DNA of 64,000 bases from Isurus oxyrinchus. Its lineage: Eukaryota. The notes below the pieces were generated by a model. It worked only from the letters and a program-made list of their open reading frames with translations, was not told the origin of the DNA and did no database searches. This document shows, piece by piece, positions 13,801 to 25,800 of this stretch (the stretch's first letter is position 1; the number at the start of each line of letters is the position of its first letter). A program made the translations under genes and the position numbers. Where the stretch lies: assembly GCA_026770705.1 (NCBI GenBank), contig JANJGN010000102.1, positions 186,001 to 250,000 of the forward strand. Reading direction: 5' to 3'.

Positions 13801-16800
13801 GTGTAGGGACTGGAGGAGGTTACAGAGATAGGGAGGGTTGTAGGTGCTGGAGGAGGTTACAGAGATAGGGAGGGGTGTAGAAGCTGGAGGAGGTTACAGA
13901 GATAGGGAGGGGTGTAGGGGCTGGAGGAGGTTACAGAGATAGGGAGGGTGAAGGGACAGGAGGAGGTTACAGAGATAGGGAGGGGTGTAGGGGCTGGAGG
14001 AGGTTACAGAGATAGGAGTGTAGGGGCTGGAGTGAGGATACAGTGATAGGGAGGGTTGTAGGGGCTGGAGGAGGTTACAGAGATAGGGAATGTTGTAGGG
14101 GCTGGAGGAGGTTACAGAGATAGGGAGGGTTGTAGGGGCTGGAGGAGGTTACAGAGAGAGGGAGGGTTGTAGGGGCTGGAGGAGGTTACAGAGATAGGGA
14201 GGGTTGTAGGGGCTGGACGAGGTTACAGAGTGAGGGAGGGGTGTAGGGGCTGGAGGAGGTTACAGAGAGAGGAAAGGTTGTAGGGGCTGGACGAGGTTAC
14301 AGAGAGAGGGAGGGGTGTAGGGGCTGTAGGAGATTACAGAGATAGGGAGGGTTGTAGGGGCTGGAGGAGGTTACAGAGATAGGGAGCAGTGTAGGGGCTG
14401 GAGGAGGTTACAGAGAGAGGGAGGGGTGTCGGGGCTGGTGGAGGTTACAGAGCAAGGGAGGTGTGTTGGGGCTGGACGAAGTTACAGAGATAGGGAGGGT
14501 TGTAGGGGCTGGAGGAGGTTACAGAGATAGGGAGGGGTGTAGGGGCTGGAGGAGGTTACAGAGATAGGGGTGTAGGGGCTGGAGGAGGTTACAGAGATAG
14601 GGAGGGTTGTAGGGGCTGGAGGAGGTTACAGAGATAGGGAGGGGTGTCGTGGCTGGAGGAGGTTACAGAGATACGAGTGTTGTAGGGGCTGGAGGAGGTT
14701 ACAGAGATAGGGAGGGTTGTAGGGGCTGGAGGAGGTTACAGAGATAGGGAGGGTGTAGGGACAGGAGGAGGTTACAGAGATAGGGGTGTAGGAGCTGGAG
14801 GAGGTTACAGAGATAGGGAGAGGTGTAGGGGCTGGAGGAGGTTACAGAGATAGGGAGGGTGTAGGGACAGGAGGAGGTTACAGAGATAGGGAGGGATGTA
14901 GGGGCTGGAGGAGGTTACAGAAATAGGGAGGGGTGTAGGGACTGGAGGAGGTTACAGAGATAGGGAGGGTTGTAGGTGCTGGAGGAGGTTACAGAGATAG
15001 GGAGGGGTGTAGAAGCTGGAGGAGGTTACAGAGATAGGGAGGGGTGTAGGGGCTGGAGGAGGTTACAGAGATAGGGAGGGTGAAGGGACAGGAGGAGGTT
15101 ACAGAGATAGGGAGGGGTGTAGGGGCTGGAGGAGGTTACAGAGATAGGGAGGGGTGTAGGGGCTGGAGGAGGTTACAGAGATAGGGAGGGTTGTAGGGGT
15201 TGTAGGAGGTTACAGAGATAGGGAGGGGTGTAGGGCCTGGAGGAGGTTACAGAGATAGGGAGGGTTGTAGGGGCTGGAGTGAGGTTACAGAGATAGGGAG
15301 GGTTGTAGGGGGTTGGAGGAGGTTACAGAGATAGGGAGGGGTGTAGAAGCTTGAGGAGGTTACAGAGATAGGGAGGGGTGTAGGGGCTGGAGGAGGTTAC
15401 AGAGATAGGGAGGGTGTAGGGACAGGAGGAGGTGACAGAGATAGGGAGGGGTGTAGGGACAGGAGGAGGTGACAGAGATAGGGAGGGGTGTAGGGGCTGG
15501 AGGAGGTTACAGAGATAGGGAGGGGTGTAGGGGCTGGAGGAGGTTACAGAGATAGGGAGGGTGTAGGGACAGGAGGGGGTTACAGAGATAGGGGTGTAGG
15601 AGCTGGAGGAGGTTACAGAGATAGGGAGGGGTGTAGGGGCTGGAGGAGGTTACAGAGATAGGGAGGGTGTAGGGACAGGAGGAGATTACAGAGATAGGGA
15701 GGGATGTAGGGGCTGGAGGTTACAGAAATAGGGAGGGGTGTAGGGACTGGAGGAGGTTACAGAGATAGGGAGGGGTGTACGGGCTGGAGGAGGTAACAGA
15801 GATAGGGAGGGGTGTAGGGGCTGGGTGAGGTTACAGAGATAGGGAGCAGTGTAGGGGCTGGAGGAGGTTACAGAGATAGGGAGGGGTGAAGGGGCTGGAC
15901 GAGGTTACAGAGATAGGGAGGGTTGTAGGGGTTGTAGGAGGTTACAGAGATAGGGAGGGTTGTATGGGCTGGAGGAGGTTACAGAGATAGGGAGGGGTGT
16001 AGGAGGTTACACAGATAGAGGGTTGTAGGGGCTGGAGGAGGTTACAGAGATAGGGAGGGTTGTAGGAGGTTACAGAGATAGGGAGGGTTGTATGGGCTGG
16101 AGGAGGTTACAGAGATAGGGAGGGGTGTAGGGGCTGGAGGAGGTTACAGAGATAGGGAGGGGTGTACGGGCTGGAGGAGGTTACAGAGATAAGGATGGGG
16201 TGTAGGGGCTGGAGGAGGTTACAGAGATAGGGAGAGATGTAGGGGCTAGAGGAGATTACAGAGATAGGGAGGGTTGTAGGGGCTAGAGGAGGTTACAGAG
16301 AGAGGGAGGGTTGTAGGGGCTGGAGGAGGTTGCAGAGATAGGGAGGGGTGTAGGGGCTGGAGGAGGTTACAGAGATAGGAGTGTAGGGGCTGGAGTGAGG
16401 ATACAGTGATAGGGAGGGTTGTAGGGGCTGGAGGAGGTTACAGAGATAGGGAATGTTGTAGGGGCTGGAGGAGGTTACAGAGATAGGGAGGGTTATAGGG
16501 GCTGGAGGAGGTTACAGAGATAGGGAGGGGTGTCGGGGCTGGAGGAGGTTACAGAGATAGGAGGGTTGTAGGGCCTGGAAGAGGTTACAGAGATAGGGAG
16601 GGTTGTAGGGGCTGGAGGAGGTTACAGAGAGAGGGGGAGGTGTAGGGGCTGGAGGAGGTTACAGAGAGAGGGAATGTTGTAGGGGCTGGAGGAGGTTACA
16701 GAGATAGGGAGGGTTGTAGGGGCTGGAGGAGGTTACAGAGATAGGGAGGGGTGTCGGGGCTGGAGGAGGTTACAGAGATAGGAGGGTTGTAGGGGCTGGA

Positions 16801-19800
16801 AGAGGTTACAGTGATAGGGAGGGTTGTAGGGGCTGGAGGAGGTTACAGAGAGAGGGGGAGGTGTCGGGGCTGGAGGAGGTTACAGAGAGAGGGAGGGTTG
16901 TAGGGGCTGGAGGAGGTTATAGAGATAGGGAGGGGTGTAGGAGCTGGAGGAGGTTACAGAGAGAGGGAGAGGTGTAGGGGCTGGAGGAGGTTACAGAGAG
17001 AGGGAGGGTTGTAGTGGCTGGAGGAGGTTACAGAGATAGGGAGGTTTGTAGGGGCTGGAGGAGGTTACAGAGATAGGGAGGGTTGTAGGGGCTGGAGTGA
17101 GGTTACAGAGATAGGGAGGGTTGTAGGGGCAGGAGGAGGTTACAGAGATAGGGAGGGGTGTCGAGGCTGGAGGAGGTTACAGAGATAGGGAGGGTTGTAG
17201 GGGCTGGAGGAGGTTACAGAGATAGGGAGGGGTGTCGTGGCTGGAGGAGGTTACAGAGATAGGAGGGTTGTAGGGGCTGGAGGAGGTTACAGAGATAGGG
17301 AGGGTTGTAGGGGCTGGAGGAGGTTACAGAGAGAGGGAGGGTTGTAGGGGCTGGAGGAGGTTACAGAGATAGGGAGGGTTGTAGGGGCTGGACGAGGTTA
17401 CAGAGTGAGGGAGGGGTGTAGGGGCTGGAGGAGGTTACAGAGAGAGGAAAGGTTGTAGGGGCTGGACGAGGTTACAGAGAGAGGGAGGGGTGTAGGGGCT
17501 GTAGGAGATTACAGAGATAGGGAGGGTTGTAGGGGCTGGAGGAGGTTACAGAGATAGGGAGCAGTGTAGGGGCTGGAGGAGGTTACAGAGCAAGGGAGGT
17601 GTGTTGGGGCTGGACGAGGTTACAGAGATAGGGAGGGTTGTAGGGGCTGGAGGAGGTTACAGAGATAGGGAGGGGTGTAGGGGCTGGAGGAGGTTACAGA
17701 GATAGGGGTGTAGGGGCTGGAGGAGGTTACAGAGATAGGGAGGGTTTTAGGAGCTGGAGGAGGTTACAGAGATAGGAGGGTGTAGGGGCTGGAGGAGGTT
17801 ACAGAGAGAGGGAGGGTGTAGGGGCTGGAGGAGATTACAGAGATAGGGGTGGGTGAGTGCCACAAGGGGATTTGAAACCGAGGATGAGAGTTTTAAAATG
17901 GAGGCGTTTCTGGACCAGCAGTCAGTGTGGGTCAGCAAGCACCTGAGGGGGTTTGGGGGTGGGGGGGCGGGGGAGGGGGGGGGGGGGGGGCGGACGGGCG
18001 GACAGGTGAACGGGACTCAGTGCGTTTGGACACGGGGGTAGCTGAATTTTTGGATGACCTCACGGTAAGAGAGCGGAAGCAGCCAGGAGTGCGTCGGAAT
18101 AGTTGAGTTTGGAGGCAAGAAACGTATGAACGAGGGTTTCAGCAGCAGATCAGCTAAAGAGAAACTGTTTCCGATGGCTGCAGGGTCCGTAAGCAGAGAG
18201 CCCCACGTTGAAGGCGATTGGCAAAAGTAGCAGAGGTAACAGCAGCAAAATGTTTTCCCGGCAGCGCGTGGTTAGGATTTGGGATGTGCTTCCTGAAAGG
18301 GCGATGGATACAGATTTAATAATTCCTTCCAAGCAGAAATTAGATAAATAATTGCACGAGAAAATATTGCAGGAATCTGCGGCAGGAGCAGGGACTAACT
18401 GGACTGCTGTTCAGCACTGCCAGCACAGAATCGAGAGCCCAAATGTCCTCCTTTTGATTGTAAAGTGTCGTGACTGGTTGCTGCGCTTCGGGGAGACAGG
18501 TTGGGAGGGATACTCAAACGGCGAATCCTGTACCAGGGTACGGACCCCGTGCGTCCTTACCGTAGCAGTGGTCCAGGAGGGGGTTAGACATGTTTGGAAT
18601 GTACCCCTCGGGTGGAGAGTAGCCACGACACACCACAAACGCTTCTGCGGGAGAAAAAAGCATTCGTCAGTCCTGCGCCCCAAACACCAAACATCGCTGA
18701 GGAGAGAGACACACGTTACTATCTTGCACTCATCTGGACAAACACAAGAGTGCCAAATTTCAGACGATCACGCCAATTTATACTACAGGAGAAAAGGGTG
18801 CTGAAAACGGGGGGTGGGAGGGTGTCCGGAACAAGGGGACAGAACCTTAAACTGAGAACCAGGCCGTTCAGGGGTGATATCAGGAAGCACTTCTTCACAC
18901 AAAGGGGAGTGAAAATCTGGAAACTCTCTCCCCCCCAAAATGCTGTTGAGGGTGGGTGGGGTGGGGGTTTCGGGGTTGGGGGTGGGTCAATTAGAAATTT
19001 CAAAACTGAGGTTGATTGATTTTTGATTCAGTTCAGAAGAGTCATATTGGACTCAAAATGTTAACTCTGTTTCTCCACAGATGTTGCCAGAACTGCTGAG
19101 CTTTTACAGCACTTTCTAGTTTTATTTCAAATCTCCAGCACTAGCAGTATTTTGTTTTTATTTGATAGTTTTGTTGGATAAGAGGTATGAAGAGCTACAG
19201 TAGATAGAGTGAAGATACAGATTAGCCACAATCCAAATGAATGGTGGGACAGGCTCGAAGAGTAGTTCAGCCCCTCCCTACCATCAAGGCAAATCTCTTC
19301 TGATTTATAAGCATCCGTCCACCTACGGACATTTCACATAACGATTAGACTCTAAGTGACCGCATGGTGAGCCCGATTACGACGACTCAACCTGAAGCTC
19401 GAACACTTACCGATGCTGGAGTTACGGCTGCTCCGTGGCTTTGCGCACGTGACCTCGTTGAAGAAGATCTTCAGCTGCGAGTACAACAGCGTGATGTCCT
19501 TCCCACGGAAGATCTGTTGGAATTGCAAAGCTGCAGGACTTAAACGCTGGCATAAACCTCCTCGTCTGAATGACCGGTTTCCCTCCAGTAAGTACTATTT
19601 ATCTCGCATTAATATAGTACCTTTGACAACATAAAACACCCCAAAGCATCCACAGGACCGTAATCCAACACACTCCACACTGAGTCAAAGCAGGATTAGG
19701 GTTAGGGATTGGTCAAGTGAAGTTCTAAGGAGCGGGTCAAAGAAAGAGAGAGAAGTGGAGAGGTTTTATCCATTTATTCATTCGTGGGATAAGTGTTCAC

Positions 19801-22800
19801 CCCTAACTGCCCTCGAACGAGTGATGGTGAGAAGCCCTCATAGTCTGAATTGCCTTTGAACTCCATGGCCTGCTCGGCCATTTCAGAGGGGCAGTTAAGA
19901 GTCTATCCCATTGCAGTGGGGTCTGGAGTCACATGTAGGCCAGACCGGGTAAGGACGGCAGATTTTCTTCCCTAAAGGACATTCGTGAACCAGATGGGGT
20001 TTTTACGACAATCCGGTTGTTTCGCAGTCACTGTGACTGAAATGAGTTGTAAACTTCAGAATGAATTAATTAACGGAATTTCAATGCCCCCTGCTATGTG
20101 GAAACTCATGTCCAAGGATCACTAATCCAGGCTTCCAAATTTCTAGTCCAGTAATACAAACACTGTCGGTGTGTCAGCGCCGAGGGGAGCGCCGTGCTGT
20201 TGGAGGGTCAGTGCCGAGGGGAGCGCCGTGCTGTTGGAGGGTCAGTACTGAGGGAGTGCTGCACTGTCGGGTGGTCAGCACCCAGACAGCGCCTTGCCGT
20301 CGGACAGTCAGCACCGGGGGAGCGCCGTGCCGTCGGACAGTCAGCACCGAGGGAGCGCCACACCGTCGGACAGTCAGTGCTGCACGATTGGGAGGGTCAG
20401 CGCCGAGGGAGCGCCGGCTGCGCTGTTGGAGGGTCAGCGCTGCACTGTTGGGAGGGTCAGCGCCAAGGGAGCGCCGCACCTTCGGAGAGTCAGTGCCAAG
20501 GGAGCGCCGCACTGTCAGACAGTCAGCACTGAGGGAGCACCGCACCATTGGCGGGTCAGTGGCGAGGTGGCACCACGCCGTCAGACGGTCAGCACCGAGG
20601 GAGCGCCGCACTGTCGGAGGGGCCATCAGGTGATGTTAACCTGCCTGTTGTGGGGGTGCGGTTGGATGTTAAGCATTCAGAGAGAAATATTGTCCTGTCT
20701 GGTGATTCATCAAGTTTGTGGGTTCTGTCTGGCTGCAAAAAGGGGACCACATTTGCCCGTACAATTTCCCAGTTTAATATCACGGCGTCCCCAGCCCTCC
20801 GACTGGATGCTCCCCATTGCCTCTCCCGTTCTGACCATCGCCTCCCAGGTTATACAGCCTGGGCCGATAATCGGTTACCAGTTTTCACCCTGGTTTCAGC
20901 TTTGCTTCGAACCAGACAGAAGGACATAAGCGCGACCCCGAGGGAGAGGGTTTCGGTCAAAGAAACTGTGGCAGTCCTGTCGGGCCCCCGTCGAACCCAC
21001 GGAAATCTGCCCTTTAGGGCCAAAATGAAGCGCCGTGTGGGGGAGACCTCCGAGCGGAGGCGTACCTTTGCTACGAAGGTCCCTCCATGTTTCAGCACGT
21101 GCGTGGTGATATTCAGAGCCTGCGAGATCAAACAAGCCACATGGTTAACATTTTCCCACAAACACAATTATCACCAAAGACTAACCATCACTCCCATTAT
21201 CGACTGGAATCCCTGACGACGGTTTGTTTGAACGAATCGGGCTTTACTGAGTTCAAAGGTTACCTGCAAGATGGCTGCCCTCTTGTTTCTCTCATTTAAA
21301 AAGGCTGCCCGCTCAGAGGTGCTCCAATGCTGCTTCTCGACATTCTGCGAGGTTACAACTATCCGCAGAGACTGAACAGGTCAGGGCTCTTTAGAAATGA
21401 GAAGGATGAGTGTGGGGGTGGGAGTGGGGGTGAGGGGGAAAGGGGTGACCTGATCGAGGTCTTTAAAATGATGAAGGGGGTTTCCATAGGGTTGACGTAG
21501 AGATGTTTCCACTTGTTGGCAGGCGAAGGGAGACCAGAACTGGTGGGGGGGGAAGGCATCAATATAAGACAGTCACTAATAAATCCAATCGGGGGGGGGG
21601 GGGGGGGGGAATTCAGGAGAAAGGTCTTTACCCAGAGAGCGGGGAGAATTTGGAACTCGCTCCCACAGGAAGGGGTCGAGGTGAATCGTGTTGATGTATT
21701 TAAGGGGGAGGCTGGATACACAGACGAGGGAGAAAGGAGTAGAAGGATATGGGAATAGGGGGAGATGAAGAGGAGGCTGCTGTGGATCAGAAACACCAGC
21801 ATGGAGCAGAGGGGCCGAATGACCTGCCTCTGTGGTGTAAATACTACCCTAAGGTGACTGTCCTTGTTTCCCGAATCTAAGACAGCCCTGTGTTTTAGAA
21901 CCAGTGATAAATATCCCTAACTATTTGGCACTCTGGCTCTATCCCACGCCTACCCGAGCGTCCTGGCCGGAGATAGTCACAAGTAAACGATCCCAAACTA
22001 GGCCCCACAGAGACATAATAGGACAAACACGCACTCTGTCTGTCTGGTGACAGGACACTATATGAACACGTTACAGTAAGAAAGCTGGTTTGAAGAGCAC
22101 TTACTGCGAGCAGGAGCTGTGCCTGAATGTACTCATCGATGTCATGGAGCCCAGTCACTGGAATGGACAGGAATACTGAAATAATTCTGTTAGACATCAC
22201 ATCAGCAACTCTGTACTGGTTCAAACCACACCGTCCCCATCAAACACTCCCAGGACAGGTACAGCACGGGGTTAGATACAGAGTAAAGCTCCCTCTACAC
22301 CGTCCCCATCAAACACTCCCAGGACAGGTACAGCACGGGGTTAGATACAAAGTAAAGCTCCCTCTGCATTGTCCCCATCAAACACTCCCAGGACAGGTAC
22401 AGCACGGGGTTAGATACAGAGTAAAGCTTCCTCTGCCCTGTCCCCAAGAAATACTCCCAGGACAGGTACAGCACGGGGTTAGATACAGAGTAAAGCTCCC
22501 TCTACACTGTCCCCATCAAACACTCCCAGGACAGGTACAGCACAGGGTTAGATACAGAGTAAAGCTCCTTCTACACCGTCCCCATCAAACACTCCCAGGA
22601 CAGGCACAGCACGGGGTTAGATACAGAGTAAAGCTCCCCCTACACCATCCCCATCAAACACTCCCAGGACAGGTACAGCACAGGGTTAGATACAGAGTAA
22701 AACTTCCTCTACACCGTCCCCATCAAACACTCCCAGGACAGGTACAGCACAGGGTTAGATACAGAGTAAAGCTCCTTCTACACTGTCCCCATCAAACACT

Positions 22801-25800
22801 CCCAGGACAGGTACAGCACAGGGTTAGATACAGAGTAAAGCTCCTTCTACACCGTCCCCATCAAACACTCCCAGGACAGGTACAGCACGGGATTAGATAC
22901 AGAGTAAAGCTCCCTCTGCATTGTCCCCATCAAACACTCCCAGGACAGGTACAGCACGGGGTTAGATACAGAGTAAAGCTTCCTCTACCCTGTCCCCAAG
23001 AAACACTCCCAGGACAGGTACAGCACGGAGTTAGATCCAGAGTAAAACTCCCTCTACACCGTCCCCATCAAACACTCCCAGGACAGGTACAGCACGGGGT
23101 TAGATACAGAGGAAAGCTCCCTCTGCATTGTCCCCATCAAACACTCCCAGGACAGGTACAGCACGGGGTTAGATACAGAGGAAAGCTCCCTCTGCATTGT
23201 CCCCATCAAACACTCCCAGGACAGGTACAGCACAGGGTTAGATACAGAGTAAAGCTCCTTCTACACCGTCCCCATCAAACACTCCCAGGACAGGTACAGC
23301 ACGGGGTTAGATACAGAGTAAAGCTCCCTCTGCATTGTCCCCATCAAACACTCCCAGGACAGGTACAGCACGGGGTTAGATACAGAGTAAAACTTGCTCT
23401 ACACCGTCCCCATCAAACACGCTCAGGACAGGTACAGCACAGGGTTAGATACAGAGTAAAGCTCCTTCTACACCGTCCCCATCAAACACTCCCAGGACAG
23501 GCACAGCATGGGGTTAGATACAGAGTAAAGCTCCCTCTACACCATCCCCATCAAACACTCCCAGGACAAGTACAGCACGGGGTTAGATACAGAGTAAAGC
23601 TCCCTCTACACCGTCCCCATCAAACCCTCCCAGGACAGGTACAGCACGGGGTTAGATGCAGAGTAAAACTTCCTCTACACCATCCCCATCAAACACTCCC
23701 AGGACAGGTACAGCACGGGGTTAGATACAGAGTAAAGCTCCCTCTACACCGTCCCCATCAAACACTCCCAGGACAGGTACAGCACAGGGTTAGATACAGA
23801 GTAAAGCTCCCTCTACACCGTCCCCATCAAACACTCCCAGGACAGGTACAGCACGGGGTTAGATACAGAGCAAATCTCATTCTAAAGCTTTGACCATCCT
23901 GCCTCAACTCCCAGCCTGGCCAATATGGGGTCAGATTAGGATTGGGAATTGGACCATGAACCCACCCCTGCTGGGGGCCATCCTGGGACTGCACTGAAAT
24001 CTGAGACACAGCCCGACTCTCTGGATCTGAAATCGTACCATCTGGTGCTCCATCACAAACCACCAAGTCCGCCGTCTGCCCCTCAAAATGTTTGATAATC
24101 TCTTGAGCTGTGGAGACCTACAAGACAAGAAGGAAAAGCAGGGCCTCAATGTTTAGTTTGTCAAAGGTGATATGAATGTCTTTGCAACGCCAGCATCTGT
24201 TGCCCGTCCCTAAGTGCCCCTCAAGAGGAATTGAAGGAATGGGAGCAGGCCATTCAGCCCCTCGAGCCTGCTCCGCCATTCAATAAGATCGTGGCTGATT
24301 TGATTGTGGCCTGAACTCCAATTTCTTGTCTGCTCCCCACCCCCCCCACCACCCCCTTCGCATAACCCTTAACTCCCTCGTTGATCAGAAATCTGTCTAA
24401 CTCAGCCTTGAATATGTTCAGTGACCCGGCCTCCACTGCTCTCTGGGCAGTGGGGGGGGGGGGGGGGGGTGGCGGAGGGGGGGAAGAATTCCACACCCTC
24501 TGAGAGAAGAAATTCCTCCTCGTCTCCGACTTCAACGGGAAACCCCTCATTCTGAAACTGTTCCCCCCCCCCACCCCGGTTCTAGATTCCCCCCCACGAG
24601 GGGGAGAAACATCCCCTCAGCATCCACCCTGTCAAGCACCCCCCTCTTCCCAACCCCCCGAATCTGACATGTTTCAATAAGATCACCTCTCATCCTTCTA
24701 AACTCCAGTGGGTAGAGACCCCAACCTGCTCAACCTTTCCCCATCAGACAAACCCCCTTCGTCCCAGGAATCAGCCGAGTGAACCTTCTCAGTGAACGGC
24801 TTCCAGTTCGGGTATATCCCTTCTTAAGTGAGGAGACCAAAACTGTACACAGTGTTCCAGCAGCGGCCTCACCAACGCCCTGTACAGTTGGAGCAAGACT
24901 TCCCAACTGTTACACTCCATCCCTCTCGCAATAAAGGCCAATATTCCCTTTGCCTTCCTAATGACTGGCTGTACCTGCAAACTCAACTCCTACAGCCTGT
25001 GTTGGTCCAACCTAGACTGCTTCCTGGGACGAGAGTGCAGCCCTATCAGGAGATAGGAGATTGAGTAGATTGGAACAATATTTTCTTTAATCCGTTTACA
25101 GGATGTGAACGTTGGTTGCCCATCCCTAATTGCCCCTTGAGAAGGTGGGGGTGAGCCGCCTTCTCGAACCGTTGCAGTCCGTCTGGTGTAGGTACACCCA
25201 CAGTGCTGTTAGGGAGTTCCAGGATTTTGACCCAAGCTCACAGGCATTCCTGAATGTGTTCCGTCCCCCAGGTTACCTTGGTGATGTCTCCCTGGATCTG
25301 GATGACCCCAGGGAGCGGAGCCATGGCCTGTAGATCCACGGCGACGATTTTGATTTCTGAGCTGTTGGGATCTTCCTTCCTGGGGGTGGGGTGAAGCAAC
25401 AGAATAGGAAAGTCAGGTGGGGGGTTTATTTGTCAAATATTCTAGCAAACCTCCTGTAGTGTCGGCCATAGTTAGTCAAGGATTTGGCAGCAATTTGGAA
25501 AACTCTACTTCACAGAGCCATCCACTGGTCAGCTCCAACACCTATACTGTGACGGTTTACATAGCAAAAATAACTTGGCTCCTCAGAGCCTCCCAGTGGC
25601 CATCACCTGCAACTATACCGTGACGGTTTACATAGCAAAAATAACTCGGCTCTTCAAAGCCTCCCAGTGGCCATCACCCGCAACTATACCGTGACGGTTT
25701 ACATAGCAAAAATAACTCGGCTCGTCCGAGCCTCCCAGTGGCTATCACCTACAACTATACCATGATGGTTTACATAGCAAAAATAATGTGGCTCCTTAGA

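Noticed and set aside
5140-17850. CRISPR-like or telomeric array
   Set aside because: No unique spacers, no TTAGGG units, eukaryotic context; the unit derives from an L2 LINE.
22127-23893. 588-aa ORF with a 23-aa repeat ([23 protein letters not shown])
   Set aside because: Product of a 69-bp unit that is a multiple of 3; it overlaps an FTSJ1 exon in antisense, and the same repeat occurs at 62872 in another intron.
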